Shown here: piece by piece, positions 1-11,725 of the stretch
How the letters are laid out: each line of letters begins with the position of its first letter
Numbering within the stretch: position 1 is the first letter of the stretch
From: Candidatus Dadabacteria bacterium
Lineage (GTDB): Bacteria; Desulfobacterota_D; UBA1144; Nemesobacterales; CSP1-2
Direction: 5' to 3'
Assembly: GCA_963805855.1 (NCBI GenBank)
Contig: CAWDVW010000005.1
Coordinates: forward strand, 320,001 to 384,000
DNA: 64,000 nt
The notes under the pieces: generated by a model
Databases searched by the model: none
What the model was told of the DNA's origin: nothing
Seen by the model: the letters and a program-made list of their open reading frames with translations, nothing else
Position numbers and translations under genes: made by a program

Positions 1-335
1 CTATAATTCTCGTGACTGAGCCTGAAGTCCGCCCCTAGATCCACAATACTGAGCCCTCTGCTGAACAGCTCCTTAACGATCGACGCAGACTTACCATGCG
101 GCAGTGCGCAAAAAACAAAATCCAGGTCTTTTGGCATTAGGTCGAGGTCGAGAGGCTGGAGCTCTAGATCAATTAACCCGGTCAAATGTGGAAAGACATC
201 CGAAATCCTCCGACCCGAGTGTTTATCCGCCGTCAAGTATGTAATCTCAATATTCGGGTGAATTAGTAGAAATCGTAATAGATCGCTACCCGTATACCCA
301 CTCGCTCCGAGCACGGCAACCTTTTTCTTTTCCAT
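1..335 (-). CDS. argC: N-acetyl-gamma-glutamyl-phosphate reductase, N-terminal part (runs off the window edge)
   Basis: Manual translation from ATG at 335: MEKKKVAVLGASGYTGSDLLRFLLIHP...DFVFCALPHGKS...IVDLGADFRL, which are ArgC motifs. Not in the ORF track because it is truncated. Confidence 0.93.
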   Translation of the reverse strand, partial: MEKKKVAVLGASGYTGSDLLRFLLIHPNIEITYLTADKHSGRRISDVFPHLTGLIDLELQPLDLDLMPKDLDFVFCALPHGKSASIVKELFSRGLSIVDLGADFRLSHENY

Positions 336-512
336 GCGAAGTGAAAATATCTGGAAATTATTACAATTACAAGTTTGATTAGTTCTCCAAAAGCCGAACG
401 AACGCCACAGACCCGAACATCCACTAAAAATCTTGACTCAAATGTCATCAAAAGGTACCTTGTATTCCAGGGTATTTCAGTAATTATCGATTGGTTATCG
501 GAGGATATCGCA

Positions 513-1520
513 ATGTCGATTAAGGTAGGCATAAATGGTTTTGGAAGAATCGGTAGACACATTCTAAGAATAGGCCTTGAAAGGAAGGATATAGAATTTG
601 TTGGCATTAATGATATAACTGATGGCAATGTCCTATCCCACCTATTTAAATATGACTCTATCTTTGGCCCGTACAAAGGAGAGGTCAACACCGAAAACAA
701 TCATATAATAGTTGACGGCAGGAGCATAAGAGTCTTTACAGAAAGGGACCCCGCAAACATCCCTTGGGAGGATGTTGGCACCGAATTAGTTGCGGAGGCT
801 AGCGGAATTTTTAGGACAAAGCAAGCCGCCTCGGCCCATCTTGGCGGTTCGGTCGAGAAGGTAATAATAACCGCTCCCGCAAGCGGTGAAGTCGATTTTA
901 CAACGGTCATGGGCGCGAATCACCATCTATATGACCATTCAAGACATAACATAATATCGAACGCATCATGCACCACGAATTGCTTCGGACTGCTCGTAAA
1001 AGTTCTCCATGAGAGTTTCCGTATAAAGAGGGGTGAGATGTCAACAATACATTCATACACAAATGACCAGAGAATCTTGGATGCCCCACATAAGGACCTG
1101 AGAAGGGCGCGCGCAGCTGCGTTATCAATAATACCAACGAGTACCGGCGCCGCGAAGGCTATTGAGTTGATATTCCCCGAACTAAAGGGAAAGCTCAGTG
1201 CGGTTGCAATGAGGGTGCCAACCGCCGACGTTTCAATGGTCGATTTTAGTTGTGAGGTGGAAAAAACCACTTCGGTTGAGGAAGTCAATGAAAAATTTAA
1301 GAAAGCATCCACCGAGGAACTTAAGGGATACTTAAGGTATGTTGACGAAGAATTAGTCTCAGCCGACTTCATTGGCGATCCTCACTCTGCGATCTTCGAT
1401 TCACCGCTCACCAGTGTCGTAGATACTAACCTTGTTAAAGTCATGGGTTGGTACGACAACGAATATGGATACTCGTCGAGGGTCGTTGACTTAATCCAGT
1501 TCATCGGAGACAGCAAATAG
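513..1520 (+). CDS. gap: Type I glyceraldehyde-3-phosphate dehydrogenase
   Basis: GINGFGRIGR, SNASCTTNC active site and WYDNEYGY. Start trimmed to ATG 513 after GGAGG. Confidence 0.97.
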   Translation: MSIKVGINGFGRIGRHILRIGLERKDIEFVGINDITDGNVLSHLFKYDSIFGPYKGEVNTENNHIIVDGRSIRVFTERDPANIPWEDVGTELVAEASGIFRTKQAASAHLGGSVEKVIITAPASGEVDFTTVMGANHHLYDHSRHNIISNASCTTNCFGLLVKVLHESFRIKRGEMSTIHSYTNDQRILDAPHKDLRRARAAALSIIPTSTGAAKAIELIFPELKGKLSAVAMRVPTADVSMVDFSCEVEKTTSVEEVNEKFKKASTEELKGYLRYVDEELVSADFIGDPHSAIFDSPLTSVVDTNLVKVMGWYDNEYGYSSRVVDLIQFIGDSK

Positions 1521-2749
1521 TGGATAAGCTTGTAATCTCTGATCTGTCAGCATCTAGCTTCGATAACAAGTGTATATTCGTGAGGGTGGATTTTAATGTC
1601 CCTGTAAAGGATGGCACTATCAGTGAGGATTACAGAATTAGAAGAGCCATACCCACGATTGATTTCTTAATTGAAAGAGGAGCAAAAGTAATTCTTGGCT
1701 CTCACCTTGGTAGACCGAGGGGCATGGAAATATCGAGCCTTTCATTAAAGCCTGTTTCGGTGAGGCTATCTGAACTATTGGGAAAGCCGGTGAAATTTAT
1801 GGGAAAGGTCATTGGTAAAGATGTCAAAGCTACAGTAGGTAAGCTCAAGAAAGGGAACGTTTTGCTACTAGAGAATCTTAGATTCCATAAGGAAGAGGAT
1901 GAAAATGATAAGAAATTTGCCAAGGAACTGGCATCCCTGGCAGACATATATGTAAATGACGCGTTTGGCACCTCCCATCGAAAGCACGCCTCAACCTTTG
2001 GAATGGCTTCTTTCTTTGATCTAAGGCTGGCAGGTTTCCTGGTAGATAAGGAATTGAGGTTCCTGACGAAAATCCGAGAGGCTACCGACCACCCATTCGT
2101 TGTTATAGTTGGTGGAGCAAAAATCAAGGATAAGATCAATGCCGTTAAGAATCTCCTCGAAAAGTCGGATAGGGTATTGATTGGTGGAGGAGTAGCCTAC
2201 ACGTTTCTCAAGGCCAAGGGCATAGATGTTGGACGTTCAATCACCGAAGACGACATGTTAGACTGGGCAAAGACAGCCTTAAAAGTTTACGGAGACAAGA
2301 TACTGCTACCCACTGACCACGTCGTCGCAGAGAGTTTTGAAAAAAGAAAAACCTGCATGGTGGTTGATGAAGAAATACCCCGAGAACTCCATGGTTTTGA
2401 CATAGGGCCAAAAACTGTGGGGAAATATGCATCCTTCATTAAGGGAAAGGGTGTAATTTTCTGGAATGGTCCCATGGGAGTTTTTGAAGTGGACGATTTT
2501 TCGGCAGGAACGAGCCACATGGCCCGAGCTGTGGCTCTTGCCACATGGCGCGGAGCAACAACTGTGGTGGGAGGCGGTGAAACGGTAGCCGCAATAAGAA
2601 AGGCCGAGGTTCTTGATTCAGAAATTACGCACATCTCAACCGGTGGAGGCGCATTGCTAGAGTTCTTAGGGGGCCAGCAGCTTCCGGGGATTTCAATTTT
2701 AAATGATAAGCATGACTACAAGGAAATACTCTATTCCGTTACAAATTGA
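1520..2749 (+). CDS. pgk: Phosphoglycerate kinase
   Basis: VRVDFNVP, SHLGRP, LLENLRF and STGGGA motifs. GTG start overlaps the gap stop codon. Confidence 0.97.
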   Translation: MDKLVISDLSASSFDNKCIFVRVDFNVPVKDGTISEDYRIRRAIPTIDFLIERGAKVILGSHLGRPRGMEISSLSLKPVSVRLSELLGKPVKFMGKVIGKDVKATVGKLKKGNVLLLENLRFHKEEDENDKKFAKELASLADIYVNDAFGTSHRKHASTFGMASFFDLRLAGFLVDKELRFLTKIREATDHPFVVIVGGAKIKDKINAVKNLLEKSDRVLIGGGVAYTFLKAKGIDVGRSITEDDMLDWAKTALKVYGDKILLPTDHVVAESFEKRKTCMVVDEEIPRELHGFDIGPKTVGKYASFIKGKGVIFWNGPMGVFEVDDFSAGTSHMARAVALATWRGATTVVGGGETVAAIRKAEVLDSEITHISTGGGALLEFLGGQQLPGISILNDKHDYKEILYSVTN

Positions 2750-2933
2750 TGCGAACTCTAGTGTTCATAATCAAACCGATATGATATCTTAAGATTCTTA
2801 TGTCAATAACCTGAATTAATTTTCCCGACGTTTTTTTTCATACATAGCAATATCTTTGACCAACTCAAATATGGAATTTTTTTTCGTGTAATGTACTATA
2901 TTACTATATAAAAATACCATCGATGGGGGAAAA

Positions 2934-4028
2934 ATGGCTAAAGCAAAATTAAAGGAAACTACAACAGTTAAGGACGACATAGGTAGCATTGTCGGAATTT
3001 TAGGTAATGACGCCAGTTATCTCTTAGACCATAAGTGCAGGACTATTCCAAAAAGCCAGTTACATCTTCCGGGACCATCTTTTATAGATGAAATCCTGAT
3101 CCCCTCCGACAGGCCAAACGCAGTATTGAGAAATATGCAGTTGCTTTTCAACAGCGGTCGGTTAGCAGGAACCGGATATCTGTCTATCTTACCTGTAGAT
3201 CAGGGGATTGAGCATTCAGCAGGTGCTTCTTTTGCGCCGAACCCAATATACTTTGATCCCGAAAACATAGTTAAACTCGCGATCGAAGGGGGATGTAGCG
3301 CAGTTGCTTCCACATTAGGTGTACTTGGATCAGTTTCCAGAAGGTATGCGCATAAGATACCGTTCATTGTCAAAATCAATCACAACGAATTCCTTTCATA
3401 CCCGAATACTTATGATCAAATACTCTTCGCCAATGTCGATCAAGCGTTTCAGATGGGCGCTATCTCCGTAGGAGCGACAATATATTATGGCTCTCCCGAA
3501 AGTCATCGCCAAATTCAGGAAATCACCGAGGCGTTTAGCTACGCGCATTCGCTCGGTTTGGTAACCATTCTCTGGGCTTATCTAAGAAACCCCGCCTTTA
3601 AAACGAAAAACACTGATTATCACCTTTCGGCTGACTTAACAGGACAGGCAAATCACTTGAGTGCTACGATTCAGGCAGACATAGTTAAACAAAAATTAGC
3701 CGAGAATAATGGTGGTTTTACTGCATTAAATTTCGGCAAAACTGATGAAAGGGTATACACAAAACTTACCTCTGACCATCCAATTGACTTGAATCGCTAT
3801 CAGGTAATTAATTGTTACATGGGTCGTTCGGGCCTGATTAACTCTGGAGGGGCATCCGGGAAAAATGATCTTTATGAAGTCGTGCATACGGCAGTAATTA
3901 ATAAAAGGGCTGGTGGAATGGGATTGATAACCGGGAGGAAATCCTTTCAGAAACCGATGAATGAGGGAATAGAGCTGCTGAACGCAGTACAGAATGTGTA
4001 TCTGAACAAAGAAATTACGGTAGCTTAG
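2934..4028 (+). CDS. fbaB: Class I fructose-bisphosphate aldolase (DhnA/FbaB type)
   Basis: [27 protein letters not shown] Schiff-base Lys, GLINSGG. Confidence 0.95.
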   Translation: MAKAKLKETTTVKDDIGSIVGILGNDASYLLDHKCRTIPKSQLHLPGPSFIDEILIPSDRPNAVLRNMQLLFNSGRLAGTGYLSILPVDQGIEHSAGASFAPNPIYFDPENIVKLAIEGGCSAVASTLGVLGSVSRRYAHKIPFIVKINHNEFLSYPNTYDQILFANVDQAFQMGAISVGATIYYGSPESHRQIQEITEAFSYAHSLGLVTILWAYLRNPAFKTKNTDYHLSADLTGQANHLSATIQADIVKQKLAENNGGFTALNFGKTDERVYTKLTSDHPIDLNRYQVINCYMGRSGLINSGGASGKNDLYEVVHTAVINKRAGGMGLITGRKSFQKPMNEGIELLNAVQNVYLNKEITVA

Positions 4029-4168
4029 AGGCTCTAATTATTATCAAATTAGAGATTAAACCCTCTTTTCAAAACTCCAAAAGCTTGGAAATACGTAAAG
4101 AGTATGGAAGGCAAAGTAAATTACCGCCCCTTGTTCCGAATGGACAATTAACGGTCAAAGAGAACCGA

Positions 4169-5206
4169 TCAAGAAACTGCCTTTCTTTTTTTCCCGCTTT
4201 CGGAAGGATAAGCCCCCATAAATTCTTCCGCTTTTAAAACCATTTCACTTGAACCAATAAAAATTGGAGTTCTCTGATGCAACTCTTTAACCCCTTTATC
4301 CAGGATTCGATTGAATCCATCCGATGCCATCCCTCCCGCCTGTTCCACGATGTAAGACATCGGATTGCATTCGTAAAGGAGCCTTAATTTCCCATTGGGA
4401 GAATCCTTTGTGGCAGGATAAATAAAAATCCCTCCAGTTATTAAATTCCTGTGTATGTCTGCCACCATCGAACCGATATATCTTAATGAGTAGGGGCGTC
4501 CTGTAGGTTTATCATATTCAACGCAATAGTCGATATACTGTTTTACCCCCGCTGAAAAACTGGAATAATACCCCTGGTTAATCGAATATGTCTTCGCCGT
4601 TGATGGTATTTTCATATCGGGATGAGAAAGACAGAATTCACCGATCGAAGGGTCTAAGGTGAATCCGTTTACACCCTTGCCCGTTGTGTAAACAAGCATA
4701 GTAGACGAGCCGTAAATGATATAGCCCGCCGCAGCCTGTTCCGACCCTTTTTGTAGAAAATCATCTATCGCGCAAGTCCCCAAACGAGAAATACTTCTAT
4801 AGATTGAAAAAATGGTGCCGACAGAAACATTCACATCTATGTTTGAAGAGCCATCTAATGGATCAAGAGCAACAACATACTTTGCATTCCTCGATATTTC
4901 ATCATCAAATGTGATGAATTCCTTATTCTCCTCAGATGCAACGCCGCAACACTGTCCTCCCAATCTTAAGGCAGCGATAAACCTTCTGTTTGCAAATACA
5001 TCGAGTTTTTTAACTTCCTCTCCCTGTATATTCGTAGCTCCTGCACTGCCTAATATATCAACCAATCCTGCCTTATTCACTTCCCTGTTGACAACCTTCG
5101 CGCCTAGTCCAATGTCCCTTAGCAGCCTGGATAACTCACCCTGGGCGTAGGGGAAATCAGTTTGTCTCCTGATGACAAACTCATCTAATGTCTCAATTCC
5201 AATCAT
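4169..5206 (-). CDS. fbp: Class 1 fructose-1,6-bisphosphatase
   Basis: [23 protein letters not shown] and GKLRLLYE motifs. Start trimmed to ATG 5206. Confidence 0.95.
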   Translation of the reverse strand: MIGIETLDEFVIRRQTDFPYAQGELSRLLRDIGLGAKVVNREVNKAGLVDILGSAGATNIQGEEVKKLDVFANRRFIAALRLGGQCCGVASEENKEFITFDDEISRNAKYVVALDPLDGSSNIDVNVSVGTIFSIYRSISRLGTCAIDDFLQKGSEQAAAGYIIYGSSTMLVYTTGKGVNGFTLDPSIGEFCLSHPDMKIPSTAKTYSINQGYYSSFSAGVKQYIDYCVEYDKPTGRPYSLRYIGSMVADIHRNLITGGIFIYPATKDSPNGKLRLLYECNPMSYIVEQAGGMASDGFNRILDKGVKELHQRTPIFIGSSEMVLKAEEFMGAYPSESGKKRKAVS

Positions 5207-5322
5207 AAACCTAATAGTACCTAAAATATCTAGGGTGAGGAAGCATACTTTTATATGGTAAACCCATAAAGCTTCATAAGACACCTATCATTTCAATCCG
5301 GAACCGTCTTCTCGTCTACAAT

Positions 5323-5937
5323 TTACTTCTTATCGATTTGATTTGGCTTGTCTTTATCCTCTTTGAAAGCGTCTTTAATATTTTCAGTATTTGTGACCCT
5401 TAATATGGCTTTCATGCCCTCTTTCTGTATAACCTTCCTTGTGTTCTGCAAATGATTTTTAAAATCGTCAGGAATTGTGCTCCTTATAATCTCGAAACTT
5501 ACATTAATATAAGGAACTACGACCGAGTCCTTGAGCGGCGGATCATCCTCCGAGTAAAAAAATTCCAGGCAGGAAATCAAGAAAAAAATTGCAATTACAC
5601 CTATCATCAAGCCCAAAAATCCCCCCGCCATTCTATCTATTAAGCTTAAATGAAGGGTGTCTACCAGTTTTGTCAGCAACCAGGCAATCAGTTGAATCAC
5701 TAAATAGATCGCCAAGGTAACGATAAAAAATCCGGCTATGCTGGCAATGGATTCATTCTCAATTAACCCCTTTTTTACCAATAAGATCCCGGCGAACTCG
5801 TAAAACATCATGCCTAGTATTATCCCGACAACAATCGCCAGAAATGACAGTGTACCTTTGATAAATCCCCGTTTGATACCTAAAAGCGCAAAAAGGGCTA
5901 TAATTGTCAAAATTGCTATGTCTAGCCAGTTCATCAA
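5323..5937 (-). CDS. cvpA: CvpA family (colicin V production) membrane protein
   Basis: MNWLDIAIL...GIKRGFI, DRMAGGFLG and multiple TM segments. Confidence 0.88.
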   Translation of the reverse strand: MMNWLDIAILTIIALFALLGIKRGFIKGTLSFLAIVVGIILGMMFYEFAGILLVKKGLIENESIASIAGFFIVTLAIYLVIQLIAWLLTKLVDTLHLSLIDRMAGGFLGLMIGVIAIFFLISCLEFFYSEDDPPLKDSVVVPYINVSFEIIRSTIPDDFKNHLQNTRKVIQKEGMKAILRVTNTENIKDAFKEDKDKPNQIDKK

Positions 5938-6107
5938 TTATCTGAGGTTAATAATATTTGAGACTGCTGAGGTCATTTTATCCCTTTCGAACAATCTTAC
6001 ATCCTGCTTCCAAAATCATACATTAACAGAAGGCCTAATCAAATCGATATGATCTCTTGTATCAACTGCTTTGACTTCTCCAACATGTTCAGATAATTTA
6101 AAGCGGG

Positions 6108-7088
6108 ATGGATTTTTCCAATATTGTCGGGGTAATTTCAGCTGACTTAGAAGAAGTTGAAAAGGAGATCGACTATAATATAAAATCGCCGGTCCCACTC
6201 GTTTATCAGATATCAAAATATCTCCTCGGCAGCGGCGGAAAACGCATCCGGCCTTCTGTTCTAATCCTATCGAGTGGTGCATGCGGTCTTGAGAACGGTA
6301 GGAACAGGATCACCTCGGCGGCTGCACTAGAACTCATCCACACCGCATCGCTTCTGCACGACGACGTAGTTGACGATGCCAATCTACGGAGGGGCAGGGT
6401 ATCGTCAAATAGATTATGGGGAAACAAAGCCACTGTGCTCGTCGGCGATTTTATGCTTGCAAGAGCACTCGGGTTAATACAGTCGTGTGGTAATTTAGAA
6501 CTAATAAAGGTTGTCACGAATGCTGCAGCAAAGCTTGCAGAAGGACAGGTACTTGAGGTAATGAGTGGATTAAATATGATCGACGTCTCCGAGGAAGTAT
6601 GCTTTGGAATAATAGAAAACAAGACCGCATCGTTGATAGAAAGCTGCGGAAAAGCGGGTGCGATCCTGGCAGGCGCAACACAACAAGTAAAGGATACAAT
6701 GGGTGAACTCTGCTTTAATTTGGGCATCGCTTTTCAGCTTGTCGATGATGCTCTCGACTACTCTGCCGACGAAAGGGAAATTGGAAAGGAGGTGGGGCAT
6801 GACTTATACGAAAAGAAGATGACGCTTCCACTTGCCTATGCGCTCAGAGACGCGACTCATGGAGAAAAATCGAAAGTAGTGAATCTTTTACGAAACGATC
6901 ATTTAAGTAATGAGGATTTACCGATTATCCTTGACCTCGTGAATAAGTACAATGGTGCGCGACAAACAAAAAATGCTGCTAAAACCTTCGCTCATAAAGC
7001 AAAAAAAGCAATATTGGGTCTACCTGATAATGACTATAGAAAATCTCTCGATCTTCTCGCAGACTACATAGTGGAAAGGAGAAAATAG
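6108..7088 (+). CDS. ispB: Polyprenyl diphosphate synthase (octaprenyl-PP synthase-like)
   Basis: GGKRIRP, LLHDDVVD (FARM) and FQLVDDALD (SARM). Confidence 0.88.
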   Translation: MDFSNIVGVISADLEEVEKEIDYNIKSPVPLVYQISKYLLGSGGKRIRPSVLILSSGACGLENGRNRITSAAALELIHTASLLHDDVVDDANLRRGRVSSNRLWGNKATVLVGDFMLARALGLIQSCGNLELIKVVTNAAAKLAEGQVLEVMSGLNMIDVSEEVCFGIIENKTASLIESCGKAGAILAGATQQVKDTMGELCFNLGIAFQLVDDALDYSADEREIGKEVGHDLYEKKMTLPLAYALRDATHGEKSKVVNLLRNDHLSNEDLPIILDLVNKYNGARQTKNAAKTFAHKAKKAILGLPDNDYRKSLDLLADYIVERRK

Positions 7089-7134
7089 TTATCTAAGGTA
7101 TATCATCTATTTCGAAAATTGAGGAATAAAAAGT

Positions 7135-8790
7135 ATGGCGGGTAAAAAGAAGGATTGGGCAGAGAGAGTTAAAAAGGAGTTGAAGGAAAGAAAAAAGGTT
7201 TTTACCACCCAATCGGGTATTACTTTGGATAGGCTATACACCCCGGAAGATACAAGAGACATAGATTATGACGAAAAAATTGGATACCCCGGCGAATATC
7301 CATTTACCCGCGGTGTTCAACCAACCATGTATCGTGGAAGGTTGTGGACTATGCGACAGTATGCCGGTTTTGGAACAGCAGAAGAGACAAACAAACGATT
7401 TAAGTACCTTCTTGAGCAGGGACAAACCGGTTTAAGTGTCGCGTTCGATCTTCCCACGCAGATGGGCTACGATTCTGATCATCCAATCAGCAAGGGGGAA
7501 GTCGGAAGGGTTGGTGTGGCAATAGACTCTCTAGAGGATATGGAAATCCTTTTTGACGGGATTCCACTCGGAGAAGCAAGCACATCGATGACAATTAATG
7601 CTACTGCGTCTATGCTACTTGCAATGTATATGGTCGCAGCGGAAAAACAAGGTGTGAGTTCAGACCGGATCCAGGGTACAGTTCAAAATGATCTGCTCAA
7701 GGAATTCATCGCAAGGGGAACTTATATTTTCCCGCCCGGACCCTCTGTGAAACTAACCATAGACATCATGGAGTACTGCCGAGACGCTATCCCCAAATGG
7801 AATCCCATAAGTGTGAGCGGTTACCATATTAGAGAAGCCGGATCAACAGCGGTCCAAGAATTGGCATTTATGCTTGCGGATGCGATAGAATATCTGGAGA
7901 ACGCAAGGAAGCGGGGAATAGACATACAAAAGATAGCAGAGCGTGTTTCATTTTTCTTTGCGGTTCATAACAACTTTCTTGAAGAGGTCGCAAAATACCG
8001 TGCGGCTAGGAGGTTATGGGCCAGGATTATGAGGGAAAGATTTGACGCAAAGACCGATAGGGCATGTCTGTTTAGAGTACACTCGCAAACCTCCGGCGTA
8101 ACACTCACGGCACAACAGCCCCGAAACAATATCATGAGAGTAACCATCCAGGCATTAGCAGCAGTCCTAGGTGGTACTCAATCACTCCATACGAATTCCT
8201 TTGACGAGGCTCTTGCCCTCCCGTCAGAAGAAGCCGCCACTATAGCTCTTAGAACCCAGCAGTTAATCGCACATGAGAGTGGCGTTGCCGATACCATAGA
8301 TCCACTTGGAGGTTCTTATGTAATTGAATGTCTTACGGATAAAATAGAAAAGGAAGTGATTAATTATCTCGGTCAGATCGATAAAAGGGGCGGGATGATT
8401 AAATGTATTGAAGATGGATATGTAAACCGTGAGATAGAGGAGGCTTCGTACAGGTATCAACTGGATGTCGAAAAAGGGGAGAGAATAATAGTGGGCATGA
8501 ATGAATTTACGAGCGACGACGACGAATCGGTCGAACTTCTCAAAATTAACCCAAAGATTGAAGAAATAAAGAGACAAAAATTAAAAACTCTAAGGGAAAA
8601 AAGAGACAACGGCAGGGTAAATTCCGACCTCAAAAATCTTGAAGAAAAAGCGAGAGCAAATGAAAACCTTATGCCTTACATACTAGAGGCGGTGCGGGGC
8701 TATGCTACGATCGGAGAGATGACATCTGCTCTCCAAAACATTTACGGCAGGTACGGACAAAGCGGCTCGCCTGCAAAAGTTAGAATGTAA
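7135..8790 (+). CDS. Methylmalonyl-CoA mutase, substrate-binding large subunit (no B12-binding domain)
   Basis: [19 protein letters not shown] (Tyr specificity residue), [12 protein letters not shown] and HTNSFDEA. Lacks the C-terminal DxHxxG cobalamin domain. Confidence 0.9.
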   Translation: MAGKKKDWAERVKKELKERKKVFTTQSGITLDRLYTPEDTRDIDYDEKIGYPGEYPFTRGVQPTMYRGRLWTMRQYAGFGTAEETNKRFKYLLEQGQTGLSVAFDLPTQMGYDSDHPISKGEVGRVGVAIDSLEDMEILFDGIPLGEASTSMTINATASMLLAMYMVAAEKQGVSSDRIQGTVQNDLLKEFIARGTYIFPPGPSVKLTIDIMEYCRDAIPKWNPISVSGYHIREAGSTAVQELAFMLADAIEYLENARKRGIDIQKIAERVSFFFAVHNNFLEEVAKYRAARRLWARIMRERFDAKTDRACLFRVHSQTSGVTLTAQQPRNNIMRVTIQALAAVLGGTQSLHTNSFDEALALPSEEAATIALRTQQLIAHESGVADTIDPLGGSYVIECLTDKIEKEVINYLGQIDKRGGMIKCIEDGYVNREIEEASYRYQLDVEKGERIIVGMNEFTSDDDESVELLKINPKIEEIKRQKLKTLREKRDNGRVNSDLKNLEEKARANENLMPYILEAVRGYATIGEMTSALQNIYGRYGQSGSPAKVRM

Positions 8791-8802
8791 CTCGCTGTAG
8801 GT

Positions 8803-9297
8803 TTAAACATTGGTCCTGTCAGATTCAACCGGCTTTTCAATGTATTCCATATCAAGCTTCATCACGAGTGCGTCTTCGCCTGTATCGCTATAGTATTTAC
8901 GCCTTAAACCAATAGATCTAAAACCGGTTGTCTCGTAGAGTCTTATCGCATTTTTGTTTCTAACCCTGACTTCCAAAATCGCAGACTTTATCCCTTTATT
9001 CGAAAAATATCGCAAACAGTCAATCAGTAGTCCCCGCCCTATTCCCTTCCTCCTATGTTCTGGGTGAACGGCTAAGTTTAGAATATGCACTTCGTCATAG
9101 ATCTTCCATGCAATGATATATCCAACAACTGCTCCATTTATTTTCGATACGCGCTTATATGACCTCGAAGACTTCAGTTCCATATCAAACACCTGTCTCG
9201 GCCAAGGTGTCGGAAAGCTAACTTGCTCGATCGCAATTATTTCATCAAGGTCATGCGGCTTTACTTCTTCTATGCGAACATATGATGAGGGCATCAT
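8803..9297 (-). CDS. rimI: Ribosomal protein S18 alanine N-acetyltransferase
   Basis: IEQVSFPTPW, AVHPEHRRKGIG, LEVR..N..AIRLY and RRKYY..GEDA. Confidence 0.92.
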   Translation of the reverse strand: MMPSSYVRIEEVKPHDLDEIIAIEQVSFPTPWPRQVFDMELKSSRSYKRVSKINGAVVGYIIAWKIYDEVHILNLAVHPEHRRKGIGRGLLIDCLRYFSNKGIKSAILEVRVRNKNAIRLYETTGFRSIGLRRKYYSDTGEDALVMKLDMEYIEKPVESDRTNV

Positions 9298-9381
9298 ACT
9301 GGTAGAAAAATTTTACAGCCTCAATTTAATTAGACAAGTATATTACATCACCGGCATAATTGGCGATAAATTAATTATTCC

Positions 9382-9409
9382 TTGACAGGTTTCTAAGGTA
9401 TGTTAACCT
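9382..9409 (+). promoter_or_regulatory. Putative sigma70 promoter for the FTR1 gene
   Basis: TTGACA, 16-bp spacer ending in an extended -10 TG, then TAACCT. Confidence 0.55.
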
Positions 9410-9421
9410 CAAGGCAAATTA

Positions 9422-9444
9422 AAATTGATTATTATTTTCAATTT
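9422..9444. promoter_or_regulatory. Fur-box-like operator
   Basis: Inverted repeat AAATTGA-TTATTATTT-TCAATTT (TGA-N9-TCA, AT-rich) between the promoter and an iron-permease gene. Confidence 0.65.
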
Positions 9445-9478
9445 GTTCTCGAACGGGATCTTTAATTGAATCTGTTTA

Positions 9479-11725
9479 ATGTTGCAGGATAACAAAGGCA
9501 TTCTTATAAAATTTCGGAAGCGTGTATCCGACACATTTCCAATCTCCAGGGTATTTAATCTCCTCCTCATCACCAGCATATTGTTCTTCCTGGCAGCCGG
9601 TGTGTCAATTGCGGCTGACGAAGCTGAAAGAATCCTGTCGCTAGTAGATTACATAGGAGGCGACTACAGCAATGCTGTGCATGATGGGAAAATAGTAAAT
9701 GACAATGAGTATAAAGAGATGGTTGGATTCTCTAACGATGCAATTCATCTTTTACAAGGGCTTAATGTTTCAGGCCTTGATAAATCTAAAACACTGGCCG
9801 ATCTGGAACTGCTAAATCGCAAAATAGTAAATAAGTCTCCCGTAGACGAAGTTGAAGGTTTATCGAATGAAATCAAAGATAAACTCATATCGGATTACGG
9901 AATAGTCCCTTATCCCGAGAATCATCCATCTCTAAATGCCGGGAGGGAGTTGTACGTCAACAATTGCTCCCAGTGCCATGGCATACTTGGCTACGGCGAC
10001 GGTCCGTTGGCACCCGGCTTTAGTCCACCACCTATGAACTTCACAGACATGGTTTCAACAGCAACACTATCCCCATTCAAGATCTACAACACCATGAGTT
10101 TCGGCATACAAGGTACGAAAATGCCCAGTTTCCCAAACCTTTCTGACAGAGAAAAATGGAATTTAGCGTTTTACGTTATGACATTGGGCATAGACGGAAA
10201 AAACGGTACAAACGGTAGCAAACCCCCATTCGACAAGCTTCCAAGTGAACTAAAGGATTACAAAATTCTCTCCACGCTCACAAATGACGATATTGGAAGA
10301 ATTTTAGAAAAAAGCAACCAAACTAAAGTCGACAAAGAAAAGTCAATCCCCTATGTGAGACTTGGAATAGTCGAAGACTCGAACCAAAAGACCAACTCAC
10401 TACTAAACGCACGCACAATCCTCGCAAACTCTCTCGAACTATACAAACAAGGAAAAAAGGAAGAAGCCTACAAAGAGGCTTTGGATGCGTACTTCGAGGG
10501 ATTTGAAATGGTAGAACCCGGCCTTGCCTTAAAAGACAGGGATATGACGCTCAAGATTGAAACAAAGTTTTCTGAATTCAGGGAAGCAATCAAAGAAGGT
10601 AAATCTACAGAAAGGGTAGAGAACCTGTATCAAGAAATTACATCCGACCTTTCAAGGGCTTCCCTCATTCTTGAGAGTGGTAAACCTGTTGATAAGCTGC
10701 TTTCCTTCACTAACTCCTTGGCTATCATGCTGCGCGAAGGCCTTGAAGCAGTCTTGATCATAGCCGCCGTGCTAGCCTTTCTTTCCGCGGCTGGAACTAA
10801 ACACGTCATCAAGTATGTACACTTGGGTTGGATACTTGCTCTTGTAGCAGGTCTTATCACATGGGTTCTGGCAAAGACTATAATAACAATCAGTGGCGCT
10901 CAACGGGAAATCATCGAGGGTGCGACTTCTCTTGTTGCCGCTGCGGTCCTATTTTACGTAAGCTATTGGTTAATTACCAAGATCGAAGTCAAGAAGTGGA
11001 AAGAATACATACAGGGAAAAGTACAGAAGGCAGTCACCAAAAAAAGCCTCTTTGCCCTCGCGAGCGTCTCATTCTTTGCCGTGTACAGGGAGGCATTCGA
11101 GACAGTTCTATTCTATCAGGCTCTCTGGTTTCAGGCTGAAGACTCCAAGGACGCAATCCTTTGGGGACTCATCGTAGGCGTTTTGTTGCTCATAGTCATT
11201 GTATTTGCTATTTTTAAGCTTGCGGTAAGGATACCGCTCAAATACTTTTTTAGCGTCACGACCCTTTTTCTTTACTTCCTTTGTTTCATACTGTTAGGAA
11301 AGGGGATAAGAGCATTTCAAGAGGCGGGTACTGTTGGGATTAAGTCGATTAATTTTATACCCCAGGTCGATATGCTTGGCATTTACCCAACCCTCGAAAC
11401 ATCAATTCCACAGGGAATATTAATAATTGCCTTTGTTGTGGCACTCATCTGGCTCGGCTACGTAAAGAGGGAGAAGGAAAAAAAGGAAATTGCCATAAGC
11501 GTATCAAGGATTTCAGAGGATATGAAGCTGATGCACGAATCCTTTGAACACATCAAGAACCATATCATTGAATGGAAGAGGTGTGAGGACATCGACATTG
11601 AAGCCGAAGAGCTGGATAACCAGATTCAGGGTGTCATTAATCATGTGGACAATCTGGAACATAAGTTATTGGATTTTTACGATGTCGTTTTAAGAAATAA
11701 AGAAACCGTTGGTAAGACTCACTGA
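9479..11725 (+). CDS. Cytochrome c / FTR1 family iron (PbrT-like) permease
   Basis: CSQCH heme motif, two RExxE motifs (REGLE, REAFE) in a multi-TM C-terminal domain, and an extra helical C-terminal tail. Confidence 0.92.
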   Translation: MLQDNKGILIKFRKRVSDTFPISRVFNLLLITSILFFLAAGVSIAADEAERILSLVDYIGGDYSNAVHDGKIVNDNEYKEMVGFSNDAIHLLQGLNVSGLDKSKTLADLELLNRKIVNKSPVDEVEGLSNEIKDKLISDYGIVPYPENHPSLNAGRELYVNNCSQCHGILGYGDGPLAPGFSPPPMNFTDMVSTATLSPFKIYNTMSFGIQGTKMPSFPNLSDREKWNLAFYVMTLGIDGKNGTNGSKPPFDKLPSELKDYKILSTLTNDDIGRILEKSNQTKVDKEKSIPYVRLGIVEDSNQKTNSLLNARTILANSLELYKQGKKEEAYKEALDAYFEGFEMVEPGLALKDRDMTLKIETKFSEFREAIKEGKSTERVENLYQEITSDLSRASLILESGKPVDKLLSFTNSLAIMLREGLEAVLIIAAVLAFLSAAGTKHVIKYVHLGWILALVAGLITWVLAKTIITISGAQREIIEGATSLVAAAVLFYVSYWLITKIEVKKWKEYIQGKVQKAVTKKSLFALASVSFFAVYREAFETVLFYQALWFQAEDSKDAILWGLIVGVLLLIVIVFAIFKLAVRIPLKYFFSVTTLFLYFLCFILLGKGIRAFQEAGTVGIKSINFIPQVDMLGIYPTLETSIPQGILIIAFVVALIWLGYVKREKEKKEIAISVSRISEDMKLMHESFEHIKNHIIEWKRCEDIDIEAEELDNQIQGVINHVDNLEHKLLDFYDVVLRNKETVGKTH

